Origin: Nitrospinaceae bacterium
Lineage (GTDB): Bacteria > Nitrospinota > Nitrospinia > Nitrospinales > Nitrospinaceae
Direction: 5' to 3'
Length of the DNA stretch: 64,000 nucleotides
Assembly (NCBI GenBank): GCA_965237905.1
Contig: OZ250172.1
Span: 1,248,001-1,312,000, forward strand
Position numbers and translations under genes: made by a program. This document shows, piece after piece, positions 39,577 through 48,022 of this stretch (the first letter of the stretch is position 1; each line of letters starts with the position of its first letter). Below the pieces are notes generated by a model that saw only the letters and a program-made list of their open reading frames with translations, had not been told where the DNA came from and did no database searches.

Positions 39577-39762
39577 GAATTTAAGGCCAAACGTTTTCCG
39601 GCAAAGTCCTATTCCTCCAATTTTTCCTCTAAACCCGACCCTCGGAAGACCAGCTAACCCCTTCATTGGTAAGGGAGTACCCCTTCCAAAAGCAGACACC
39701 TCTATACGGAAATTCCTTTTTGACTTTTCAGAGTTTGTGAGTCAATCTATATATCCAATGGG

Positions 39763-39937
39763 ATGCCAGAAGCGCCAGGGGAGCTTTTGGCATTAATGCT
39801 CACCCCCTGAAGAAAGGAGGTGATCCATTGTCTAACGAAAGCACAATGGGAGCTTCCGGAGATAAGGGCTAACCCCTTTATCGAGGAAGCTCCCTGATTA
39901 TTCGGGGGGGCTCCACTTTTATAGTGGAGCCCTTTTT
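39763..39937 (+). ncRNA. Candidate structured small RNA / micro-ORF unit with an extended Shine-Dalgarno
   Basis: Hairpin 39763-39793; AGAAAGGAGGTGATCCA at 39811-39827; TTG-start 14-codon ORF 39828-39872; hairpin 39848-39894; terminator. Confidence 0.55.
39908..39937 (+). terminator. Rho-independent terminator
   Basis: GGGCTCCACT-TTTAT-AGTGGAGCCC perfect 10-bp stem followed by TTTTT. Confidence 0.85.
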
Positions 39938-40071
39938 ATTTGGAAGACACTCTAAACCATTGAGTCCATTTTTTATAAAACAGTCCAGCGACCCCACAAA
40001 CTCCCGGATCCGGGGCTCGCCCTTGAAGGATTTTCGCCGTCACGGCGAATGAATCAAGAGATTGAAATCGA

Positions 40072-42666
40072 ATGAATTTTTTAAAGAACGTCTCCATACG
40101 CGACAAGCTCAACCGGATCATCATGCTGACCACCAGCGTGGCCCTGTTGTTGGCCGCGCTCGGTTTTTTTCTGTATGATCTTCTGGAATTTCGCAATACC
40201 GAGACGCGTGAGCTTTCAAGTGTAGCCGATATTATCGGCGCCCACAGCACAGCTGCCCTCAAATTTCAGGATTCCATTTCCGGCCGGGAAACCCTGGAAA
40301 CCTTAAGCATCGACCCCCGCGTTGTTTCCGCCAGACTGTATACCCAGGAAGACGAAATTTTTGCATCTTATAACCGGGACCGCAAAAGCAAAATTGTCTT
40401 GCCGTCCCAACCTCGACCCGCAGGCAGCTATTTTGAACAAGGACAAATTCTGATATTCAGGCCGATCCTTCTCAATGGCAAAAAAGTGGGGACCATTTTT
40501 ATTCATTCCGACCTTCAAAATTTTTATGAGCGTCTTCAGCAATACGGCATCATCGCGTTTATAGTACTGGTCATCTCCCTGCTCGGTGCCTTTCTACTTT
40601 CATCCAAACTGCAGAAGACTATTTCCTTCCCGATCCTGCATCTGTCCAACCTGGCGAACCGGGTTTCCACCGAAAAAAATTATTCCCTGCGCGCCGTCAA
40701 CGAAAGTCAGGATGAACTGGGAGAACTCGTCAATCAATTCAACGACATGTTGAGCCAGGTTCAGGATAGAGACCTTGCGCTTCAGGAGGCTCATCACGCA
40801 TTGGAGGGAAAAGTCCGGGAACGTACCCACGATCTGGAAAATGAAATCCAGATTCGCCGGAAATCGGAATCCGCTCTTCGGGAAAGTGAAGAACGCCTGC
40901 GGAGTATCCTGGACCATGCTACCGCAGTGGTTTATATGAAGGACATCGATCTGCGGTATGTACTGGTCAATCATCAGTTTGAAAAAGTGTTCGCCGTAAC
41001 GAATGAACAGATCCGGGGGAAAACGGATCCGGAAATTTTCCCAAAAGATCTAGCGGGCCGCTTTATCAGCCGGGACAGCATCGTCCTCGAATCCGGCCAA
41101 CCCTTGGAAGTCGAGGAACAATTTAAGGTAAATGGGAAAACCGAAACTTATATTTCGATCAAATTCCCTTTGCGCGATTCCGACGGCAAAATTTACGCCG
41201 TTTGCGGTCTGGACACCAATATTACGGACCGGAAAAATTTTGAGCCGGAACTGCAAAACGCCAAGGTCCAAGCAGATTCGGCCAACTCGGCCAAAACCGC
41301 CTTCATCGCGAATATGAGCCATGAAATCCGGACTCCTCTGAATGCCATTATGGGTTATTCCCAGATTCTGCAAAGGGATACCACGTTGACAGCGGAACAT
41401 CATCAGGCTCTGGAACGCATCGATTCCAGCGGGAAAAACCTGCTCGCCATCATCAACGACATCCTCGATATATCCAAAATCGAAGCGGGACGGATGGAAC
41501 TCCACTTGAGGAATTTCAACCTGCTTCAGGTCATCGAGGATATCACCACTCTTTTTAAATTGAAATGCGAAGAGAATGGTTTGATTCTTGAAATCTCCCC
41601 GCTTCCTGAAGACCGGTGCCATCTATACGGGGATGAAGAAAAACTAAGACAAGTGCTGATCAACCTCCTGGGAAATGCACTCAAGTTTACCGATTCGGGA
41701 ACCGTTTCCCTGAACATCATTCCTGGGGAAAACGACGAATACCGGTTTGAAGTCAGAGACACTGGAAAGGGCATATCGAAAGAAGCTCAAAAAACCATCT
41801 TTGAGCCTTTTAAACAAGACGCCGAGGGAATCAAAAAAGGAGGCACCGGATTGGGTCTGGCCATCTGCCGGAAACAGATTCTGCTAATGGGATCGGATTT
41901 ATATGTATCCTCGGAAATAGATGAAGGGTCGCGTTTTTATTTCAGCCTCCATTTACCGCCATCCAGAGGAAAATCGAAATCCGGAGAAAAAATAAGCAAG
42001 AAGGTAATTCGAATCTCCGGCGAACATCATGTCAAAGCCCTGGTCGTCGACGATAACTCGGACAACCGGACGGTGCTGAGCCGCCTGCTGAAAACCATAG
42101 GAGTCAACGTCATTGAAGCGGAAAACGGACTGATCGCTCTGGAAAAAACGCGCGAACACCTGCCGGATATTATTTTCATGGATATTCGTATGCCTGTCAT
42201 GGATGGCCGGGAAGCCATCACCAAAATAGTGGAGGAATTCGGACAGGAGCGGTTCAAAATCGTGACCATCACCGCTTCGGCCATGCAACACGAACGGGAA
42301 CAATTCCTTAAACTGGGTTCCCATGAGGTGATCCTCAAACCGTTTCAGACCAATGAGGTTTTTGAATGCCTGAAAAATCTTCTTAACATCGATTATATTT
42401 ATTCAGAAGCACTTCAAAAAGACACCGAACCCAAAGTGTCGCACGACATGGATTATTCTCAAATACATATCCCCAAAACCATCCACCACTCGCTCAAAGA
42501 AGCGGCGGAACTGCATTATGTCACAGGCATTCGACAATCACTGCCGTTACTCGTTGAGTCGGGAGAAGAAGGGAAAAAGCTGGCGGATAATCTGAACTTC
42601 TGTCTCAATGATTACGATATGAAAAAAATTCTAAGTATTCTCGATCAGGTCAATTCGGAAGGGTAA
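40072..42666 (+). CDS. Hybrid sensor kinase (CHASE-like periplasmic domain, HAMP, PAS, HisKA, HATPase, REC)
   Basis: 2 TMs, DELG.L...FN, PAS (VYMKD), SHEIRTPLN, GGTGLGL, LVVDD...FMDIRMP...KP. Confidence 0.92.
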   Translation: MNFLKNVSIRDKLNRIIMLTTSVALLLAALGFFLYDLLEFRNTETRELSSVADIIGAHSTAALKFQDSISGRETLETLSIDPRVVSARLYTQEDEIFASYNRDRKSKIVLPSQPRPAGSYFEQGQILIFRPILLNGKKVGTIFIHSDLQNFYERLQQYGIIAFIVLVISLLGAFLLSSKLQKTISFPILHLSNLANRVSTEKNYSLRAVNESQDELGELVNQFNDMLSQVQDRDLALQEAHHALEGKVRERTHDLENEIQIRRKSESALRESEERLRSILDHATAVVYMKDIDLRYVLVNHQFEKVFAVTNEQIRGKTDPEIFPKDLAGRFISRDSIVLESGQPLEVEEQFKVNGKTETYISIKFPLRDSDGKIYAVCGLDTNITDRKNFEPELQNAKVQADSANSAKTAFIANMSHEIRTPLNAIMGYSQILQRDTTLTAEHHQALERIDSSGKNLLAIINDILDISKIEAGRMELHLRNFNLLQVIEDITTLFKLKCEENGLILEISPLPEDRCHLYGDEEKLRQVLINLLGNALKFTDSGTVSLNIIPGENDEYRFEVRDTGKGISKEAQKTIFEPFKQDAEGIKKGGTGLGLAICRKQILLMGSDLYVSSEIDEGSRFYFSLHLPPSRGKSKSGEKISKKVIRISGEHHVKALVVDDNSDNRTVLSRLLKTIGVNVIEAENGLIALEKTREHLPDIIFMDIRMPVMDGREAITKIVEEFGQERFKIVTITASAMQHEREQFLKLGSHEVILKPFQTNEVFECLKNLLNIDYIYSEALQKDTEPKVSHDMDYSQIHIPKTIHHSLKEAAELHYVTGIRQSLPLLVESGEEGKKLADNLNFCLNDYDMKKILSILDQVNSEG

Positions 42667-42714
42667 TACCCGATCCAGCGTTAACACAATTCCAACCGCC
42701 GTTTGATTCAATAA

Positions 42715-43452
42715 CTAGTCCGAATCACTTTCGACGTCTTTGGCGCATCGAAAGCCAATAAAATTGTAACGCGCTGCCGGTTCCATGTAGTTGCGTGCCC
42801 AAGTGTGGGAAAAATCTATATTCAAATGGGACTGGTACAACCCGCCCCGGATCACTTTATACAATCCCTTCTCGGTGCCGGGCATACCGTTATAGTCCCA
42901 GTCGTCTGCCGTCCATTCCCACACGTTGTGGCCCATGCCATACATCCCGTACGGACTGATCCATTCTTGTCGCTTGTCCACCGGCTCCGGCATAAAACCC
43001 GAAAATCCATTATTGGGATGGGGCTGATATTTCCCCCACGGCCACTTGCCCCCGTCGGGTCCACGCGCCGCTTTTTCCCATTCCTGTTCCGTCGGCAAAC
43101 GCTTGCCGACCGAGTCACAATACGACTTCGCTTCTGCAAAAGGCACCCATGTGACCGGGAATTTCTCCTTCCCCGGGCCAACCTCAAAGTCCGGCTTGAA
43201 TTTTTTGTATTCGCCGCGCTGCATTTCGTACCGGTCGATCAAATACGCTTTCAAAAAAACCTTCCGGCCAAGAGCGGTCTTTGGGTCTTCGGCATGGCCG
43301 TATTTGAATTCTCCCGCGGGGATGTACACCATCTCTTTCGGAACTTGAACGTGGGCAGGAACCTGAACGGGAATTTGCTCGACACTACTCTCGGAGCAGG
43401 AAAAAAGCCACAAGGATAAGAATAACAATAATGAGAATAGTCGCCATTTCAT
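42715..43452 (-). CDS. FGE/SUMF1-like lipoprotein
   Basis: Lipobox LFSC; GKRLPTEQEWEKAARG, NVWEW, GFRCAKD; no catalytic Cys pair. Confidence 0.85.
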   Translation of the reverse strand: MKWRLFSLLLFLSLWLFSCSESSVEQIPVQVPAHVQVPKEMVYIPAGEFKYGHAEDPKTALGRKVFLKAYLIDRYEMQRGEYKKFKPDFEVGPGKEKFPVTWVPFAEAKSYCDSVGKRLPTEQEWEKAARGPDGGKWPWGKYQPHPNNGFSGFMPEPVDKRQEWISPYGMYGMGHNVWEWTADDWDYNGMPGTEKGLYKVIRGGLYQSHLNIDFSHTWARNYMEPAARYNFIGFRCAKDVESDSD

Positions 43453-44216
43453 TGACGTGCTTTGGATGGGGCGGGCCGTTGGTCGAAAAAGTGAAATACT
43501 TCTCCACCGTTGATAGACAAAGGTTTCTTCTGGTAGTCGAGGGGGTGGTCGATACCCGGCTGGATGGTCCCGTCCACCGAGTAAGGACCGTAATCCGCCC
43601 AGTAATTGCGCTTGCGGGAATCGGTAAACTCGATTTGGGTAATGTACTTGATGTTCTTGTAACCGTACTTGAACGGCGCTATCAAGCGGAGGGGAAATCC
43701 ATGATCCTTGGTCAACGGCTGACCATTCATGCGCAGGACCATCAGTACCCGCGACCTCAGCAATTCTTCCAGCGCGTAACTTTCGTAATAGGAATCGGCG
43801 GATCGGAAAGTAACGTATTTTGCCTTGGGATCCGGTTGCACCCGGTCAACCAGTTCCTGAAACCGGAAGCCCTCCCACTTGGCCTTGGCCGACCAGCATT
43901 CCACGCACTTGAGCCGCGACACCTGCGACACCATGGGAAAGCCGAACAGGTCTTCATACCCCAAGGCCAAACTCTGTTTCACCAAGCCGGTGACGGCCAA
44001 ACCCCACTCCTGCGCATTCACACCCAGAAACGGATTGGCACTGCGGATAAAAAATCCGGGCACGTCCCGGTTCTGAATATAATTCGGGGGAATGTTCTTG
44101 TTGGTTTGAAAATTAACCGTCCCCGCACTCTTCTTCGGCCACAACGAAGCGAGCGCGGAAAATGAAAACACCTTCAGAAATACCCGGCGGTTCAATTTGG
44201 ATCGTAATCCGAACAT
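43449..44216 (-). CDS. Tat-exported sulfite-oxidase-family molybdoenzyme (MsrP/YedY-like)
   Basis: NRRVFLK Tat motif, KCVECWS Mo-ligand Cys, HGFPLRL..P.KYGYK..K. Confidence 0.85.
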   Translation of the reverse strand: MFGLRSKLNRRVFLKVFSFSALASLWPKKSAGTVNFQTNKNIPPNYIQNRDVPGFFIRSANPFLGVNAQEWGLAVTGLVKQSLALGYEDLFGFPMVSQVSRLKCVECWSAKAKWEGFRFQELVDRVQPDPKAKYVTFRSADSYYESYALEELLRSRVLMVLRMNGQPLTKDHGFPLRLIAPFKYGYKNIKYITQIEFTDSRKRNYWADYGPYSVDGTIQPGIDHPLDYQKKPLSINGGEVFHFFDQRPAPSKARQ

Positions 44217-44217
44217 T

Positions 44218-45027
44218 TTATTTATCCTTCAAACCCAGCACGTCCTGCATATCATACAACCCCGGTGGCTGATCAACAACCCATTGGGCGGCGCGGATGG
44301 AGCCGCGCGCGAAGGTTTCACGGCTCTGCGCCCGGTGAAAAATTTCCAGCGTCTCACCCATTCCGCCGAATAGGACCCGGTGTTCCCCGACAATATCTCC
44401 GGCCCGCAGGGTATGCACGCCGATCTCTTTCGGCCCGCGCCCCTCACTGAATCCTTTACGTCCGTAAACGCCGACTTTACTCAAATCGCGCTCCAGCGCT
44501 TCCGCCACCAGTTCCGAAAGACGTACTGCGGTGCCGCTGGGAGCATCCTTCTTGAACTTGTGATGGGCTTCCACGATCTCGACATCATACGCGTCGCCCA
44601 ATATTTTCGCGACGTCCCCAACCACCTTGAATAACACGTTGACCCCGATACTCATGTTGGGCGCGAACACGCAACGGATGGTTTTGGCCGCTTTCTTGAT
44701 CTGGTCCTTCTCCGCCCCGGACAACCCGGTGGTACCGAAGACCACGGATTTTTTCTGAGCCACGGCTTCCTTCAGGGTCCGCATGCTGGACTCGGGGGTG
44801 GAAAAATCGATGACCACGTCGCAGGTACGCATCATTTCAGCCAAGTCGTCGAGCAGGGCAATATTTTTATTACCAATCCCCGCCAACTCACCCACGTCCT
44901 GCCCCAAGGCAGGATTGCCCGTCGCCTCGGTGCCGCAACACAGAGTAACGCCGTCTGTATCCTCAATGCAGGAAACAATGGTTTTTCCCATACGCCCCGC
45001 CGCACCGACTACACCAATTTTGATCAA
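44218..45027 (-). CDS. dapB: 4-hydroxy-tetrahydrodipicolinate reductase
   Basis: GAAGRMG, IDFS, GTTG, EAHH..K.DAPSGTA. Confidence 0.97.
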   Translation of the reverse strand: MIKIGVVGAAGRMGKTIVSCIEDTDGVTLCCGTEATGNPALGQDVGELAGIGNKNIALLDDLAEMMRTCDVVIDFSTPESSMRTLKEAVAQKKSVVFGTTGLSGAEKDQIKKAAKTIRCVFAPNMSIGVNVLFKVVGDVAKILGDAYDVEIVEAHHKFKKDAPSGTAVRLSELVAEALERDLSKVGVYGRKGFSEGRGPKEIGVHTLRAGDIVGEHRVLFGGMGETLEIFHRAQSRETFARGSIRAAQWVVDQPPGLYDMQDVLGLKDK

Positions 45028-45086
45028 TTCAACCTCCTGGAGAATAATTTTTCTAACTAGCGGACAACAACTCTAATAGGAAGGAC

Positions 45087-45962
45087 TTAAATCAACGCGT
45101 ACTTTTTCAGAATCGTCTTCAATCGCTCGACGTGATCTTCAGACATGTGGGCCAGAGGTGCCCGCAATTCCCCGGATATTTTGCCCATCAACGCGAGAGC
45201 GGTTTTCACCGGCACCGGATTGGTTTCGATGAACATGGCGTTATTCAGCACCATCAATTCATAATGGAGCGCCGAAGCGCCATCCACATCGTGATGGGCG
45301 GCCCGTGCGCACATCAGTGCCATTTTCTCCGGCACAAGGTTGGCCGAAACGGAAATCACGCCTTTGCCTCCGATCGCGAGAATCGGCCACAGCAAACCGT
45401 CGTCTCCCGACAGCAATGTAAAATCGTCACCACACTGGTCGATCACCTCGCTGATCTGGCCGATCGAACCCGACGCTTCCTTGATGCCAACGATGTTCTT
45501 TTGATCCTTATCGAGACGCGCTACCGTTTCCGGCAACATGTTGACCGAGGTGCGGCCCGGCACGTTGTAAAGAATGATCGGCAGATCGGTTTCCTTTGCG
45601 ACCGCCATGAAATGTTCGTATAGCCCCTGTTGGGACGGCTTGTTGTAATACGGCGTGATCAACAAGGCGCCGTCGGCGCCCGCCTCCTGGGCAAACTGGG
45701 TCAGCTCGATCGCTTCGCGGGTGGCGTTCGACCCGGTACCCGCCAGTACGGGAATCTTGTCCTTGCACATCTCCACCGCGATGGAGATCACCAGATGATG
45801 CTCTTCATGGGTCAGCGTGGCGGACTCGCCGGTGGTGCCGCACGGCACGATCCCGTTGGTTCCATTTTCGATATGAAACTGCAAGAGATCACGAAACGCC
45901 TGCTCATCCACTGTGCCGTTCTTGAACGGGGTGACGATGGCCACCAGGGATCCTTCAAACAT
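45087..45962 (-). CDS. dapA: 4-hydroxy-tetrahydrodipicolinate synthase
   Basis: AIVTPF, GTTGES, PYYNKP, YNVPGRT, GIKEAS, ETNP.PVK. Confidence 0.97.
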   Translation of the reverse strand: MFEGSLVAIVTPFKNGTVDEQAFRDLLQFHIENGTNGIVPCGTTGESATLTHEEHHLVISIAVEMCKDKIPVLAGTGSNATREAIELTQFAQEAGADGALLITPYYNKPSQQGLYEHFMAVAKETDLPIILYNVPGRTSVNMLPETVARLDKDQKNIVGIKEASGSIGQISEVIDQCGDDFTLLSGDDGLLWPILAIGGKGVISVSANLVPEKMALMCARAAHHDVDGASALHYELMVLNNAMFIETNPVPVKTALALMGKISGELRAPLAHMSEDHVERLKTILKKYALI

Positions 45963-45982
45963 GAGTGTCCTTTAACGGGTGA

Positions 45983-46801
45983 TTACAATTCAACGATGTG
46001 GCCCTCAAACGCAATTTTGGTGAGCCCTTCGAGATAGACCACGGGCAGGGAACCGTTTGCGGGTTCGATGTGGACTTTTAATATATCACCGCCGCGCGTT
46101 TCCACGTTGACGGGCGATTCGATTTTAAATTTGTACGAGGCGATAATCGCCGAGGCGACCACGCCGGTGCCGCAGGCGAGGGTTTCCCCCTCCACGCCGC
46201 GTTCGTAAGTGCGGACTTTGAGAGCACTGCCGTTTTTCTTTTCGACCAGATCAACATTGGTCCCCGCCGGGGCAAATACGGAATGGTAACGAATGCCGCT
46301 TCCGATGGCGTTGATATCCTCGCCGTCCACATCCTCGGAAAATACAATGGCGTGCGGCACGCCGGTGTTGATACTGTCCACTTTATACTGCAGGCCATCG
46401 AACGCTACCTGCACATCGTTCTGCAAATTTTCCGGACGGGTCAGTTTCACTTTGACCACGGGGCCGTTGACTTCGGCTTCAATAATGCCGGCGACGGTTT
46501 CAAAGGAATGGTTTTGCGGCGCAATGCCTTTCTCGAACGCGTAGCGCGCCACGCACCGGCCACCGTTGCCGCACATCTCGGCGGAGGAACCGTCGGGATT
46601 GTAAAAATCCCACTTGTAAGCGGCCTTCTCGGAGTTTTCGATGAAAATCACCCCGTCCGCACCGACCGAGGTTTTCGGCTGGCAGACCTTCTTGACGAAA
46701 TCACGTTTCGTCTCCGGGTCCAGTACCGGCTTGCGATTGTCGATGATGACGAAATCGTTGCCGCTACCGCTCATTTTTGTAAAGGGAATACCCACAACCA
46801 C
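45983..46801 (-). CDS. dapF: Diaminopimelate epimerase
   Basis: KM.G.GNDF, EMCGNG.RC, GVPH, ERGVEGETLACGTG. Confidence 0.97.
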   Translation of the reverse strand: MVVGIPFTKMSGSGNDFVIIDNRKPVLDPETKRDFVKKVCQPKTSVGADGVIFIENSEKAAYKWDFYNPDGSSAEMCGNGGRCVARYAFEKGIAPQNHSFETVAGIIEAEVNGPVVKVKLTRPENLQNDVQVAFDGLQYKVDSINTGVPHAIVFSEDVDGEDINAIGSGIRYHSVFAPAGTNVDLVEKKNGSALKVRTYERGVEGETLACGTGVVASAIIASYKFKIESPVNVETRGGDILKVHIEPANGSLPVVYLEGLTKIAFEGHIVEL

Positions 46802-46960
46802 ACCATTTTAAAGGGATAACTTTAAATTAAGATGAAAAACCCGGGGTTTGGATTCATCTCTCCCAAGTGCGGGGATTCTAACACAGGCCCGAAACCCGGT
46901 CAAACCCGCCCGCCCCTGAAAAACAAGGAGTTTTGCGAATGAAGGAGAAGATTGCAAGGC

Positions 46961-47126
46961 AATAAAAATGCCCCTCCTGCCCGAGGCGTTACCACCCCGG
47001 ACAGGAGGAACTGGGAGGGCCCAACCTCTGGCGAGGCTGGGGGAGAATTCGCTCACCCTTTTTAAGTCATACATGAGGAGAGAGACGGGCGAATTCTGTC
47101 TGGTAGTCGAGACCTTACTCGACTCC
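46961..47126 (-). ncRNA. Candidate four-hairpin small RNA or leader upstream of dapF
   Basis: Four consecutive stems (47105-47124, 47044-47097, 47020-47041, 46973-47008); the last is followed by a T-run on the minus strand. Confidence 0.45.
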
Positions 47127-47247
47127 TTACAAAAAATTCGCGCGCCGGGTCCGGGTCGGCAAAAACCCTTTTAAATTTGAGGACTCAAGGTGACAGGGGT
47201 TTATTGCGGAACGTAATGGCGTTAAAATAAAAGCTGGAGGTGCAACC

Positions 47248-47649
47248 ATGTCCCACAAAAAACAAACCAAACTGGTGCGGGTGCGGCCCGAAGAAAACTT
47301 CACCACCAAGCGCAACCTCAACTATTTTCCGGGCCTTTCCGAGAATACGGCAGGCACACAAAACCTGTCGATGATGCTGGTGCGCATCCCTCCCGGCGGC
47401 AAGGCGGAACCGCATTATCATGACGGATTCGAGGCGGGCATCTATATTCTGCAGGGCAAGGTGGACAACCGCTTCGGCGAAGGACTTAAGGAATCGGTCG
47501 TCACCGAAAAAGGTGATTTTCTGTTCATCCCGCCCGGCGTGCCGCATCAGCCTATGAACATGAGCGACACCGAGCCGGCACTGGCCATCGTCTCCCGCAA
47601 TATCGCCAGCGAACAGGAACCGGTGGTGCTGTACGGGGTAAAGAAATAA
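47248..47649 (+). CDS. Cupin domain protein
   Basis: PHYH..FE..IY and GD..FIPPGVPHQP motifs; GGAGG SD. Confidence 0.9.
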   Translation: MSHKKQTKLVRVRPEENFTTKRNLNYFPGLSENTAGTQNLSMMLVRIPPGGKAEPHYHDGFEAGIYILQGKVDNRFGEGLKESVVTEKGDFLFIPPGVPHQPMNMSDTEPALAIVSRNIASEQEPVVLYGVKK

Positions 47650-47928
47650 ACGGAGGGAGGCTGTTCTTCGGACAGGGCTGGTCAAAATTCTTAAAAAACG
47701 TCAGCTATTTCCCGTCGGGCCAATAGAAATGGCTGGAACCTAAGCAGGAACTGGCGAAACTGCTCAGAAAAAAGCGGTAACTCCCTCAGTAAACTCAAAG
47801 TATCCAACCTTCCCCAGTCACCGGTTAAACCGGCTTAAACCCTTAAAAATTAATAATAACCAGCAAAGCGTGGAACTATTTCTATTAAATTTACAAAGTA
47901 ATTCATTGTATTCATATAGCTCAGAAAG

Positions 47929-47937
47929 TGGTATAAT
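47929..47937 (+). promoter_or_regulatory. Extended -10 promoter (TGgTATAAT)
   Basis: Consensus TGnTATAAT about 85 nt upstream of the coiled-coil gene. Confidence 0.5.
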
Positions 47938-48022
47938 TTTGTAAGACTCCATCAAAATACCGGCTCAAACCGAAATTTCGCTTTGACCCTTTGACTCGGC
48001 TTTTTCAATAAAATTGGGAATT

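Noticed and set aside
39811..39827. 16S rRNA gene fragment on the minus strand
   Set aside because: The match is limited to the 17-nt tail; the flanks do not continue as 16S (no GCCGCA after GATCCA) and no rRNA helices are present.
46808..47126. Lysine riboswitch or Lys-rich leader peptide ahead of dapF
   Set aside because: No L-box consensus motifs recognised; the 88-aa minus-strand ORF has no SD and is not Lys-rich.
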